Shown here one piece after another: positions 1 through 11,849 of a stretch of 38,910 nucleotides of DNA. A program made the position numbers and the translations under genes. The stretch's first letter is position 1. Each line of letters begins with the position of its first letter. The stretch is taken from the NCBI GenBank assembly GCA_038087875.1, contig JAXLNO010000671.1, positions 1-38,910 on the forward strand. The letters run 5' to 3'. Source of the stretch: Malacoraja senta (taxonomy: Eukaryota). A model generated the notes under the pieces. That model saw only the letters and a program-made list of their open reading frames with translations. It was not told the DNA's origin and searched no databases.

Positions 1-947
1 GAGAAAGATTACCATCTTAGAAAGAATGGCACTTGACCTTAAAATGTGAACATTATTTTTGGATTATGATGTAAATTCTTATGATTGATTATAGCAGTAG
101 TTTCTTCCATTTGTAAATTACCTTGTCCATGAGAATTTATGATGCATGCTGTCTCAGTGAAAAATACTTGATCATTAATTTTTTTAATGGCGTATTTAGT
201 AAAATTAATATTTATAAATTAACTATCCCCATTGGTTATACACAACATCTGCAGATAAAAAGGGAACCTTTTAATGATCTAAACATTCTGCAAAGCCACT
301 TGCTATGCTGCTCACCAGATAACCCCCCCATGTTGCTCTGTTCTCACCTTAAAATGTTAAAAAATACAATGAGCAACTGTGAGCAATCAAACACTTTTGA
401 AGGATTCTATGGCTGGAGCTCCAGCTGCGTGGTGCATGAGGCCTACTTGTTGCTGGGAATCTGCTCCACTACGCCTAATGCCTCTTGGTTCTGAAGGTAA
501 GCACGCTTTGCATCAAGATAATGTTGGGGATACCACCAGTGATGAGTTCAGGCAAAGGGCAAAGTATGGTCCTTTGTCCCTGATATTGCATGTTGAGCAG
601 CCGGCCTTTCAGTGGATAGTCAAGGTAAATGTCTGAGAAGTGAGAACTATGAACCATATTTGTAAAATTCTGGACTGATAAGAAAGTGTTACTTGTTAAA
701 TAATAATGAAGAGCACTGACATTTTCAAGCATTTAAGAACATTCAATGTGATAAGAGTTAAACCTATCTTTTAAAAGAAAGTTCTAACATGTGAAAACAT
801 GCAAACAGTGAAAACTCCTCAGACATAAAAGGCAATACTTAAAACAATTAAATGCACTTGAATTAGTTCCATTAAATCATAACAGGTAAGATTCTTGTAA
901 CTTATTTATCTTCTCCACTGAAATCAATAGTCAATGATACAGAAAAT

Positions 948-1041
948 AGACACAACATGATGGAGTAATTCAGTGGGGTAGGCAGCATCACTGGAGAGAA
1001 GGAATGGGTGACGTTTTGGGTCGAGACCCTTCTTCAGACTC
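948..1041 (-). mobile_element. Penelope-like element terminal (pLTR) fragment with hammerhead-ribozyme-like core
   Basis: Reverse strand reads agtCTGAAGAagggtctcgacccAAAAcGTCacccattccttctctccag..., the same terminal module as at 13247 and 18917; the core GAAA is mutated to AAAA. Confidence 0.75.
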
Positions 1042-1170
1042 AGTCACTGAGACAGAACTCAGTTTTCAAAACTCAAAACTCAGGTAGCTTACAACCCAAT
1101 GGTATGGACAATTATTTATCCAATTTCAATAAGTACAATTGCCCTGTGCCACACAGCTGCAACACTGTGT

Positions 1171-1273
1171 GGGCAGCACAATGTTGTTACCTGTCAGCAG
1201 AGTTGTTACCTTACTGCACCAGAGACCCAGTTGGCCGATGGGCCTCTTTGCATGCTGTATCTCTAAACTAAAC
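1171..1273 (+). mobile_element. Internally deleted V-SINE/HE1-type SINE
   Basis: GGGCAGCAC head joined directly to the ...tgctgtatctcTAAACTAAAC tail; both match the SINE at 14283-14607. Confidence 0.6.
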
Positions 1274-1556
1274 CACAAAGCCCCACCCTCTCCTTTCTTC
1301 CATTATATCCCCCACTCTAATCCGCAACCCCCTCCCCTTCGTTTCCCCGGTACATCGCCTGAGCTTGCACCTACATTCCTTCTCCAGCTTCACAATTTAT
1401 AACTCTTCAATTCTTTTGTCTCACGTCTTCTCTCTTTTCATCTCTGCCCTTTGTCCAACCTTCTTTTTAACAAAATTCTTCATACCTGCATCAACCTATT
1501 GCCTGCCAGGGTTTGTACTGCCCCTTCTCTCTTCCAGTTCTCTACCACCAAAGACC

Positions 1557-1722
1557 CTCCAAAGACAGATAGGTTTGTAGATTAATTGGCTTGGTATAAT
1601 TGCAAATTGTCCCTAGTGTGCGTAGGATCGTGTTAATGTGCGGGGATCGCTTGTTGGACTAGACTCCGTGGGCCGAAGGGCTTATTTCCATGCCATATCA
1701 CTAAACTAAACAAATCTAAATA
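1557..1722 (+). mobile_element. V-SINE/HE1-type SINE, 3' half
   Basis: ctccaaagac...ggtttgtagattaattggct...ttgtccctagtgtg...gggccgaaggg...(TAAAC)n, colinear with 14440-14607. Confidence 0.8.
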
Positions 1723-2301
1723 ACCCCCTACAATCAGTCTGGAGTAGGGCCCTGACCCAATATATCACCTATCCATGTTCGCCAGAGATGCTGTCTTACC
1801 CACTGAGTTACTCTGGCACTTTTGTGGGGTATTTTTGTGTAAACTAGAATCTGCAGTTCCTTGTATCGACAGAACTCAGTTTAATCTGGACTAGATACTG
1901 TGGGGAAAAAATCCTGTAGTCATTTCTATGTGGAAGTTCAAAACCCTATGCATGCATCCATGGCAAACGCAAACTTCCACGCAGTTGCAGATGAAATAGC
2001 AGACTTTTTCACTTTGAAATTGCTATCAGTCGAGATTTTTGCCCAACTTTACAAGATTTCATTGTGTTGAAGTGTTGTTTCTCAATCTTATATTGGATTT
2101 CTTTGGAATAGGACGAAAGGCCGCTAGATAGACCAGATTGGAGCTGAATCGAGTTTTCATGTAACAAGCAGCACATGGTCACCCTCACAGACTGAATGGT
2201 GGTGTTGCAAAATGATCATTCAATATACCTTCAGTCTTCAGCATTCAATATTGAAGTCAACATATTATATATCACTAGTTTCCTATTTGTATCAACCAGT
2301 T

Positions 2302-3349
2302 ACATAGATACATAGATACATAGAAAATAGGTGCAGGAGTAGGCCATTCGGCCCTTCGAGCCTGCACCGCCATTCAATATGATCATGGCTGATCATCCAA
2401 CTCAGTATCCCGTACCTGCCTTCTCTCCATACCCCCTGATCCCTTTAGCCACAAGGGCCACATCTAACTCCATCTTAAATATAGCCAATGAACTGGCCTC
2501 AACTACCCTCTGTGGCAGAGAGTTCCAGAGATTCACCACTCTCTGTGTGAAAAAGTTTTTCCTCATCTCAGTCTTAAAGGATTTCCCCCTTATCCTTAAG
2601 CTGTGACCCCTTGTCCTGGACTTCCCCAACATCGGGAACAATCTTCCTGCATCTAGCCTGTCCAACCCCATAAGAATTTTGTACGTTTCTATAAGATCCC
2701 CTCTCAATCTCCTAAATTCTAGCGAGTATAAGCCAAGTCTATCCAGTCTTTCTTCATATGAAAGTCCTGACATCCCAGGAATCAGTCTGGTGAACCTTCT
2801 CTGCACTCCCTCTATGGCTATAATGTCCTTCCTCAGATTTGGAGACCAAAACTGTACGCAATACTCCAGGTGTGGTCTCACCAAGACCCTGTACAACTGC
2901 AGTAGAACCTCCCTGCTCCTATACTCAAATCCTCTTGCTATGAAGGCCAACATACCATTCGCTTTCTTCACTGCCTGCTGCACCTGCATGCCTACTTTCA
3001 ATGACTGGTGTACCATGACACCCAGGTCTCGCTGCATCTCCCCATTTCCTAATCGGCCACCATTTAGATAATAGTCTGCCTTCCCTTTTTTGCCACCAAA
3101 GTGGATAACCTCACATTTATCCACATTATACTGCATCTGCCAAACATTTGCCCACTCACCCAGCCTATCCAAGTCACCTTGCAGTCTCCTAGCATCCTCC
3201 TCACAGCTAACACTGCCCCCCAGCTTAGTGTCATCCGCAAACTTGGAGATGTTGCTTTCAATTCCCTCGTCCAGATCGTTAATATAAATTGTAAATAGCT
3301 GGGATCCCAGCACTGAGCCTTGCGGTACCCCACTAGTCACTGCCTGCCA
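2302..3349 (-). mobile_element. CR1 LINE, 5'-truncated, open RT C-terminal frame (2402-3340)
   Basis: GVPQGSVLG, FADD, RPHLEYCVQFWSP, NLWNSLP motifs; CR1 3'UTR and (CATAGATA)n tail. Confidence 0.95.
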
Positions 3350-4446
3350 GTTCTGTTGTAAGGATACAGAACAGTAAGATTAACTCAATTTTTCTCTCTT
3401 CTTGTGTGGAAGAGCAATTATCAAGTCCTCTGTAGTTGAGAAATGCCTGTTTTAGCAGAGAAAACTTTCTTCCAAGTTATCATTGTGAGATGTGAAAGTT
3501 CCTGAGCACATTGCATATTGCCAATTTGTATATTGCCAACTAATTTGGAGTGTCTTTAGTAATCAGTAAGAGCTTGATTTACTCATTCCAATGACTTAAA
3601 CTTGTTTGTCTGGATGTCCTAATGAAAGATCGCTATGAATTTAACAATGGGACCAACATCTCTACAGCAAACCACTTGCTAATTTTTTAGGCTTCATTCT
3701 TGGAATCTGACACAAAACATTCCAATTTCTACTCCTGAGATTTGATGTTATGAGACAGCCCAAAATTCTATCAAATTTAATGGTTGATACTGACTTGTGA
3801 TTCAACTTCTGCATTCATTACATATTTGGTATACAATTTCTGCTCGAAAGAGTGAAGTATAAAATGAGAAAATTTCCTAAATCCATTATATATTATCCTT
3901 TGTTATTTTGACCATGGGCAGATAATTTATTCTCCTTTATCAATATTAAATCAATTAAGGATAAGGGCCAGTTTCATTCTCCGTATTCAAGGATGATGAA
4001 CATAGCTGACTCATACATTCAGGCTACAGTGTACGCACACCTACACACAGATTCTCCACCATACCATAAATTATTTTGACTACAAATTTAACATCTCTAT
4101 TACTCAGGTATCCCGTATGACTAACTTTAAATATATGCTTTATATGTGTTTGTATGAAAACTCACAAAATAATCATGGGGTATTCTGATTTTTTTTAGGA
4201 GCTGTTGCCTTAATTTTTTGTTTTGTTTTGGGATAATTTACATTAGAATGGATAGAATTAGAGTATTAGTCAATTTCAAATGCCTTCAACTACTTCCGTT
4301 ACATCAGGTGAATGGGCGTAAAGATCACAAATAGTGAAAACTTGAAATTGACGAAATGGGAGATGGGAGGCAGGAGCAATTCATGGTGAAAGTAACCAAA
4401 AAAAGCCTGTAAGACCCTCCAAGTTCCTCAAAATGCATCTCAATAT

Positions 4447-4734
4447 TTAGTTCAGTTCAGTTCAGTTTAGAGATACAGCGTAGGAAACTGGCCCTTCGGC
4501 CCATCTAGTCTGCACCGACCAGCAATCTCCACACACTAATGCTGCAGACACTAGGGACAATTTACATTTATACCGAGCCAATTAACCAAGAAACCTGTAC
4601 GTCTTTGGAGTGTGTGAGGAAACCGAAGATCTCGGAAAAAGCCCATGCAGGTCACGGGGAGAACGTACAAACTCCGTACAGACAGCACCCATAGTTGGGA
4701 TCGAACCTGGGTCTAGGGCGGTGGAAGGCAGCTA
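4447..4734 (-). mobile_element. V-SINE/HE1-type SINE
   Basis: Reverse complement of the 14283 SINE; B-box-like GGTTCGATCCC on the minus strand; (TTCAG/TTTAG)n tail. Confidence 0.88.
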
Positions 4735-4994
4735 AATTTGTATAAGATAATTATAAGCAGTTGAATAAGGGGTGGGAATTAATACGCTTTGGCTTCTTCC
4801 TGCTCCTTTTCGGACACATTTCATTTATTTATAGATATTGTTTATGACACCATAAATATTCTTGTTTTTGTATGCTGTTTAACACTTGCTTTTTATTCTT
4901 TTATTCTGTTCGAAATAAAGAATAAAAAAATTGAATTAACATTTTTTTTTTTTTTTAAATCTACTGCTGTGCCACCCTAATCAGCCTTGTAATT

Positions 4995-5289
4995 AAGTTT
5001 AGTTTAGAGATATTGCATGGAAACCGACTGTTCAGCTGATCTAGACCATGCTGACCATCAACTGTTCACACAAGTTCTGTGTTATTTCACTTTCTCATCC
5101 ACTCCCCACACACTAGCGGCAATTTACAGAGGCCAGATGCGGGAAAATACCGGAGCACCCAGAGGAAATACACATAATTACAGGGAGATCAGGCAAACTC
5201 CACACTGACAGCACCTGAGGTCAGGATCAAACCCGCGTCTTTGGTGCTGTGAGTCAGAAGCTCTACTAGCTGCACAACTGTGCCGCCCA
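4995..5289 (-). mobile_element. V-SINE/HE1-type SINE, diverged
   Basis: Minus strand starts GGGCGGCACAGTTGTGCAGCTAGTAGAGC (tRNA A-box-like) and ends in a TAAAC tail. Confidence 0.8.
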
Positions 5290-5819
5290 TATAAATGCAA
5301 CAAACAAGTGAAAGAAAAATCAGTTTTATTATTTATCAAGGCTTGATTCCAAAGGGGAAATGGTGGTTATGCATCAGTTTCATTTTTTGTAACATTGTTA
5401 TGTACATATCTTATAGGCACAAACATATTGTATATGCCAATCTAAAAATCTGAAGAAGAAATTAAGCAACTTCAAAAAAACCTGCACAGCTGCTGAAAAG
5501 CTTCCAAGCCAAAAATATCAAAACCCTAATGACGTAACAATTGCAGGGCTAGGGTTTAATGGTTTATTAATGCATAATTGTTAAGAATAGGGACATTTTA
5601 TGGAAAGTTATAATTCATGTGGATTATTATGTTTGTCATCATCTAAGACAGGATATATTATCACCCTAGTCTCAACCAATTCCCTGGATCTGAATTCACT
5701 GTGGATATTTGGAAGGATTTCCCATTATAAAGCAAAAATACACAGATAAATGTTGCTGTCGCTCCAGGGAATTTCTGAGAACGTTTAATTGGTTGAGGCA
5801 TTAATGGCAACTGACAGTT

Positions 5820-6050
5820 TTTTCAGCAAAAAAGAGGACAAGAGATATCTGACAGATGAGATTAAGGAGCGTCCAAAGATATTTTATAAGTAAATTAAAG
5901 GAAAGAAGATAACTAAAAGAAATAATAGGGCCCTCAGGAGTGGTCAGTCATATGAGGAACCAGAGGAGATGAGCAAGGTACTTCTTGGTACTTCCAAGGT
6001 ATTTCTCCTGGATACAGAATTGGAAGGAGGAGAGAGTAGTGCTGGAAGGT
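5820..6050 (+). mobile_element. Old CR1 ORF2 fragment (endonuclease-RT linker)
   Basis: Decayed IKE-PK-FYK--KGK-- and EEPEEM motifs matching the CR1 linker; many stops. Confidence 0.5.
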
Positions 6051-6420
6051 TGTTTTTCAATAGACAATGGACAATAGACAATAGGTGCAGGAGTAGGCCA
6101 TATGGCCCTTCAAGCCAGCACCCACAGTCAATGTGATCATGGCTGATCATCCACAATCAGTACCTCCTCCCCATATCCCCTGACTCCGCTAACTTCAAGA
6201 GCTCTCTCTTGAAAGTTTCCAGAGAACCGGCCGCCACCGCCCTCAGAGTCAAAGACTTCCACACTCACAACTCTCTGTGAAAAAGTGTTTCCTCATCTCT
6301 GTTCTAAATGACTTACCCCTTATTCTTTAACTGTGGCCCCTTGTTCTGGACTCCCCCAACATCGGGAACATGTTTCCTGCCTCTAGCGTGTCCAAACCCT
6401 TAATTATCTTATATGTTCCA

Positions 6421-7293
6421 CCTGGGGCGCCGTCGAGTATGGCTGCCCTGCCAGCAGCTGTTAGTCTTTTCACCCCTTTTTTATTTTTAGTTAGTTAAAA
6501 GTGTTTTGTTTGGAGGTCTTTTAGTCTTTTTATGTGGGGGGTGGGGGGTGGTGAAAGGGGGAAACTATTCTTCTCAGTCCCTACCTGGTCGGAGATGCGT
6601 TTTTTCTCCGAGCCGTATCTTCGCCCCTTCCTCGCAGCCTACGGGCAGACTGGAGCGGCGTTTTCCTGCCGGGACCGGCCAGGACTTCAGCTTCGGCGGT
6701 GGCACAGCGCTGAAGCACCATCGTGGAGCGGGCGATGCCTTACCCGGGTCGCCGTGCAGCAAGCACCAACACCAACTGTGACCGCCGGCACCAACATCGC
6801 GGAGCTGCGGTCTGCGGTCTGTGGAGCTTCCAGCCGCGGGCGGCGCTGAACTTTAAACAACGCGGAGCCTGGGATCTGACGACGAGGTCGCCAGAGTCGG
6901 AGCATCGACCAGCGCGGCTCGTGGACTTCGGGAGCCGCGGTCTACTGGGAGGAAGCGGCCGCTCCAGACACTCCGGGCCGCTGAGAGTGTTCACCCCGAC
7001 GCCAGAGCTCCATCATCCGGCGAGAGGGCCTGAGGCATCGGGCTGCCATAGCGGCGACTGCAGAGGCCTCAATAGGCCCCGACTATGGGTGAACTGGGGA
7101 TGGGACTGGACTTTGCTGCCTTCCCCCACAGTGGGAACCATTGTGGGGCGATGTTTTTATGTTTATTGTTAAATTCTGTTAAATTCTTTAATGTTGTGTA
7201 TTATCTTTATTCATGTGCTGCATTGCCAAGTCGAATTTCACTACATCAATTGGTGTATGTGACAATAAATGTCCTTTGTCCTTTGTCCTTTGT
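6421..7293 (+). mobile_element. GC/CpG-rich non-autonomous retroposon with a Rex1/Babar-like 3' end
   Basis: Interrupts the CR1 cleanly between imperfect repeats TGTTCCA and TGTTTCA; ends GAATTTCAC...GTGACAATAAA followed by (TGTCCTT)3; no credible ORF. Confidence 0.6.
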
Positions 7294-7619
7294 TTCAAAA
7301 AGAACCTCTCTCATCCTTCTAAATTCCAGTGGAAACAAGCCCAGTCGCTCCATTCTCTCAGTCCAGCCATCCGGGGAATTAACCTTGTGAACCTATGCTG
7401 CACTCCCTCAATAGCAAGAATGTCCTTCCACAAATTTTGAGACCAAAACTGCACACAATTCTCCGGGTGTGGTCTCACTAGGGTCCTGTATAACTGCAGA
7501 AGGACCCCTTTGCTCCTATACTCAACTCCTCTTGTTATGAAGGCCATTCTCTTTCTTCACTGCCTTCTGTACCTGCATGCTTACTTTCATTGACTGATGA
7601 ACAAGGATCCCCAGATCCC

Positions 7620-8512
7620 GTTGCGCAAAAATGTTTTGCTAGGATTTTTTCACCACCTTACTCACCGTTCTCCTCTGCTCCAAGCGCACCAAGTTTTGTT
7701 CCAATCGGCAAAATATTAGAAAAGTAATGAAGTTGAAATATATCGGAGATCAGCAGATTGGTCTTCTCGCCTGTCGTTCACCATGAAGGTAACGCCCCTT
7801 CCGGGCAGAGAGCAGCGTTTGGGCTGCTTCTGCAGCAACCAGCACGACGAACCGCGAGCTGTTAATTTGAACTGGAAGCCTCTGAGTGAAGTCGGAGTGG
7901 GACTGGGAGCTGCTGCATGAGGCTGAAAGCTGAAGGTGCAGGTTAGGCAGAGTATGGAATGAGCAGAGTGTGAGCTGCATCTGCTATGACCACCCACCCC
8001 CATTTCCCCCACGCCCCCCTCCACCACACACCCTTCCTCACACCCCCCTCTCCCACACCCCCCCTCCCCCACACCCCCCCTCCCCAACACACACCCTCCC
8101 CTGCACCCCCCTCCCCCACAACCCCCCTCCCCGACACCCCCCTTCCCCCACCCCCACTTCTTCTCCCCTAACCCCACACCCCCTACCCCCACACACCCCT
8201 ACACCCACACCCTCCCTACACCGCCTTCCACCACCCCCCTTCCACCACCTCCTTTCCCACACCCCCTTCCACACTCCTGCCCTTTCACCACAACCCCTTC
8301 CTCCAAACCCCCTCCCCCACACCAGCCCTCCCCACACCCCTTCCCCCAAACCACCCCTCCCCACACACCCCTCACCATCCCCCCCTCCCCCACACACCCC
8401 CTCCCCCACAAACCACACCCCCCTTCCCACACACCCCTCCCCCACAACCCCCCGCCCCCATCCCCCCTCCCCAAACCCCCCCTCCCCACGCTTCCCATGT
8501 GACTGGGACCCA
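7620..8512 (-). mobile_element. Non-autonomous insertion, possibly Helitron/Helentron-related, containing a C-rich low-complexity tract
   Basis: Unrelated to the CR1 it interrupts; no TIR or TSD seen; minus end TTGGGTCCCAG. The family assignment is inference. Confidence 0.35.
7990..8490 (-). repeat. C/A-rich low-complexity tract (G-rich on minus strand, G-quadruplex-prone)
   Basis: Dozens of C3-C7 runs separated by 1-5 nt, loosely (CCCCACACACCCCT)n. Confidence 0.9.
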
Positions 8513-9325
8513 ATGTTTATCCACATTAAACTGCATCTGCCATGCATCTGCCCACTCACCCAACGTGTCCAAGTCACCCTGCATTCTCTTAGCATCCTCC
8601 TCACAGTTCACACTGCCATCCAGCTTTGTGTCATCTGCAAATTTGCTAATGTTACATAATCCCTTCATCTAAATCCATAATATATATTGTAAATAGCTGC
8701 GGTCTCAGCACCGAGCCTTTCGGTACCCCACTAATCACTGCCTGCCATTCTGAAAGGGACCCGTTAATCCCTACTCTTTGTTCCTTTGTTTTACTATCCT
8801 CCTTTATATTCTTGGCTAGCTTACCTTCGCACCTCATCTTTTCTCCCCGCATTGCCTTTTTACTAACCTTCTGTTGCTCTTTAAACATTACCCAATCTTC
8901 TGGCTTCCCTCTCATCTTTGCTATGTTGTACGTCTTCCCTTTTATTTTTACTGTCCCTGATTTCCCTTATCACCCATGATCCCCCCTTACTCCACTTAGA
9001 ATCTTTCTTCCTCTTTGGAATGAACTGATCCTGCACCTTCTGTATTATTCCCAGAAATACCTACCATTGTTGTTCCACTGTTATCCCTGCTGGGGTACCT
9101 TTCCAGTCAACTTTGGCCAGCTCCTCCCTCATGGCTCCATAATCCCCTTTGTTCAACTGTAACATTGACTCTCAAATTGTAGATTAAAACCTATTATATT
9201 ATGGTCAATACCTCCAAATGGCTCCTTAACCTCGTTCCCTTAGCAAATCTGGTTCATTACACAACACAAATTCCACAATTGCCTTCTCCCTGGTAGTCTT
9301 CAGTACAAGCTGTTCTAAGGATCAT

Positions 9326-9990
9326 ATTGAAAGCTTCGCCATATATTGTGCTTTGTCCGCCAAGCCTACTGGATCTCTAGGTTCCTGACCATTTTAACTC
9401 CTCTCCATTCCCATACTCACCTTTAGGTCCAGTGCCTCCTCCATTACCAGGGTGAGGCCACGTGCAAACTGGAGGAATAACACCTCATTTTCCGCTTGGG
9501 TAGTTTAGAACCCACGGAATGCACATTAAATTCTCCAATTTTACGAAACTGAATCCTCCTCTCTCCTTTCTTCCCCTCACATCTCCTCCTTTCCCCTCCC
9601 CTCCCCTGTGCCCCACCTGGACTTCCTCCCCTTCCACCTGCATTCCCTCGTCCAGCTTAATTCACAATTCTTCAATCCTTTTGTCTCATACCTTCTGTCT
9701 CATACCTTCTGTCTTTTCATCTCTGGTCTTTGTCCAACCATCTGCCTTGCACAACCCCCCTCATATCGATCAACCTATTACCTGCCAGGCTTTATCCAGC
9801 CCCCTCCTCTCTTCCAGATTTCTTCTCCACCTCCCCTCCCCCCCCCCCCCCCCACCTACATTCAGTGTGAAGATGGGTCCTGACCCGAAACATCACCTAT
9901 TCATATTCTCCTGAATTGCTGCTTGGGCTGCTGAGTTACTAAAGCACCTTATGTATTTTTTTCATAAACCATGCAGCTCCTTGTTCCTAT
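9326..9990 (+). mobile_element. Penelope-like element 3' end (GIY-YIG C-terminus, UTR, decayed HHR)
   Basis: Decayed HFNS...EATCKLEE*HLIFRLGSL...KFSNF; HHR-like gTGAAGAtgggtcctgacccGAAAcatc at ~9867-9894; tgcag(c)tcctt end. Confidence 0.8.
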
Positions 9991-9991
9991 C

Positions 9992-10965
9992 TGTGACTAG
10001 TGGTGTGTCGCAGGGATCAGTGCTGGCTCTGTTGCTGTTCGTGATTTATATTAATTCAGATGAGAAGGTGCAAGGTCTTGTTAATATGTTTGCAGATAAT
10101 AGTAAAGTAGGTGGCATCGTAGACAGTGAAGAGGTTTATCAAAAATTACAGCAGAATCTTGAACACTTGGCAAGTGAGCTGAAAAATGGTTAATGGAGTT
10201 CAATACAGATAAGTTTGAGATGTTTAATTTTGGGATGTCACATCAGGACATTATGGCATATGAATAGTAGGACACGGGGATGTGTTGAAGAACAGAAGGA
10301 TCCAGGAATGCAGGTGTACAGTTCCCTGAAAGTGACATCACATTTAGATAGTGGGCAAGAGGTCTTTTGGCACATTGGCCTTTATCAGTCAGGGTATTGA
10401 GTATTGAAGTTATTTTATAGCTGTACAAGACATTGACAAAGCCACATTTGGAGTATTGTGTTCTGTTTTAGTCACCCTGCTATACAAAGGATGATGTTAA
10501 GCTGGAAAGAGTGCCGATAAGTATCATGAAGATGTTTGCCAGGACTCCGGGGCCTAAGTTTTAGGGAGAGTATGGGCAAGCTAGAACTTTATTCGTCAGA
10601 GCGCGAGAGGCAAAGGGATGATATTACAATGGTGCTTAATCTCATGAGGGGAATGTGAATACACAGTCTTCACAGAGTATGGGATTCAAGATCAATGGGA
10701 CCTACTACTGCAGGTTTAAGGTGAGAAGGGAAAGATTTAAAGGAACCTGAGGGGCAATATTTTTTCACTCAGAGGGAGGCTGGTATATGGAATGAACTGC
10801 CAGAGGATGTAGTTGAGGCAAGTACATTTACAACATTTTAAAAGACAATTGAACGGATACATGGATAGGAAAGGTTTAGAGGGATATGGACAAAATGCTG
10901 GCAAATCTTGCTCGGCACAGATGAGTTGGGCCAAATGGTCTGTTTCTATGCTGTATGACCCTATC
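9992..10965 (+). mobile_element. Old CR1 LINE 3' part (RT)
   Basis: VTSGVSQGSVL, FADNSKVGG and PHLEYCV-like motifs with stops and frameshifts; ...ctatgctgtatgac 3' end. Confidence 0.85.
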
Positions 10966-11178
10966 ACTCCCTATTTCTCTATCTGTCTGGTCCCCTTGCT
11001 CCAATTTACACATGTTAATCAGGGATGTAGAGATGGAGGGAACTGATGTTTTAGCTCCAATAATATGTAAGAGTTAATTTACTGATAATCTAGTTAGTAG
11101 GCCTTTGCAGAAAAATGATTTTTAATATGATGGAGTTCTATGTCTAGATTGACAATGATTTAGCACAATATAAACTAA

Positions 11179-11740
11179 AGGGCCTGTCCCACAAAGGTGA
11201 CTTTTTAGGCGAGTGCATGAGACTCTGTGCTCGCCACATGTTCGCCACATGTTCGCTGCTGGTCTCTGGTGAGTCTCCTTCATGATCGCAAGGAGTTCCC
11301 ACATTCTGGGAAATAATCGCAGCCTCAGTATGGTCGCCACAAATTTTTGGAGCGCCGCGCGATACCGCGCGCCACTACATGTGATTCCACGCCTCACCAT
11401 GCGCTATGCACGCGTCACGACGCGTTGACCAATTTTCTACATGACGCGTAAATGAGGCGCAAATGATGCCCAAGTGGGACAGGCCCTTTACCGTACACTG
11501 TGCTTAGCCGTCTTAATTACAGCGCCAACCTTCCTGTTCATGTCAGTATCAACCTGGCTTTGCACCATGTGAATTTTAGACTGCTCTCCCCCCGCTTGCC
11601 CTGGCCCCTGCCTTTGTGATGTGTTTGTGTGTGTTCCACTCTGACAGTCGCCGTTCCTGTTCCTGGTTTTTCAGGCGACTGCCGGCAACTTGACAGTCGC
11701 CGGCATTCCGCTGAAAAATCACGTCAGTGGGACAGGCCCA
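11179..11740. mobile_element. PIF/Harbinger-type MITE, composite
   Basis: TIR AGGGCCTGTCCCAC (11179-11192) and GTGGGACAGGCCCA (11727-11740); TAA on both sides; extra internal right TIR at 11474-11487 followed by TTA. Confidence 0.8.
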
Positions 11741-11849
11741 TAAGACATTAAATCAAAACAAAGCAAATCATAAAAATTTGGTAAAGTGTGCTAGCTAAAT
11801 TGAAAGGAAAGACAGCAAACAAGCAATATTTATTGCACTAATACATAGT

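Larger units (their letters stand above)
1066..1867 (+). mobile_element. 5'-truncated Penelope-like element 3' end with two nested SINEs
   Basis: Encodes GSLQPNGMDNYLSNF (PLE GIY-YIG C-terminus) at ~1083-1130; pyrimidine-rich UTR paralogous to 9540-9990; decayed HHR near 1740-1770; flanked by 15-bp direct repeat GACAGAACTCAGTTT (1051-1065, 1868-1882). Confidence 0.75.
6059..9325 (-). mobile_element. CR1 LINE fragmented by two nested insertions and internal deletions (pieces 6059-6420, 7294-7620, 8513-9325)
   Basis: (CAATAGA)n tail at 6059; LLQLYRTLVRPH at 7311-7547; FADDTKL at ~8620-8645; [13 protein letters not shown] at ~8865-8905. Confidence 0.9.

Noticed and set aside
2679..3071. Recurrent antisense ORFs over CR1 RT (also 13616, 20009, 27444, 33302, 37637)
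   Set aside because: Shadow frames of the same RT sequence; no independent evidence of function
3350..4440. AT-rich unique stretch
   Set aside because: No ORF, repeat or structure I can support
6506..7172. Overlapping ORFs in several frames
   Set aside because: Expected from high GC; no recognisable domain
7716..8668. Pro-rich and Gly-rich ORFs
   Set aside because: Artefacts of the C-rich low-complexity tract
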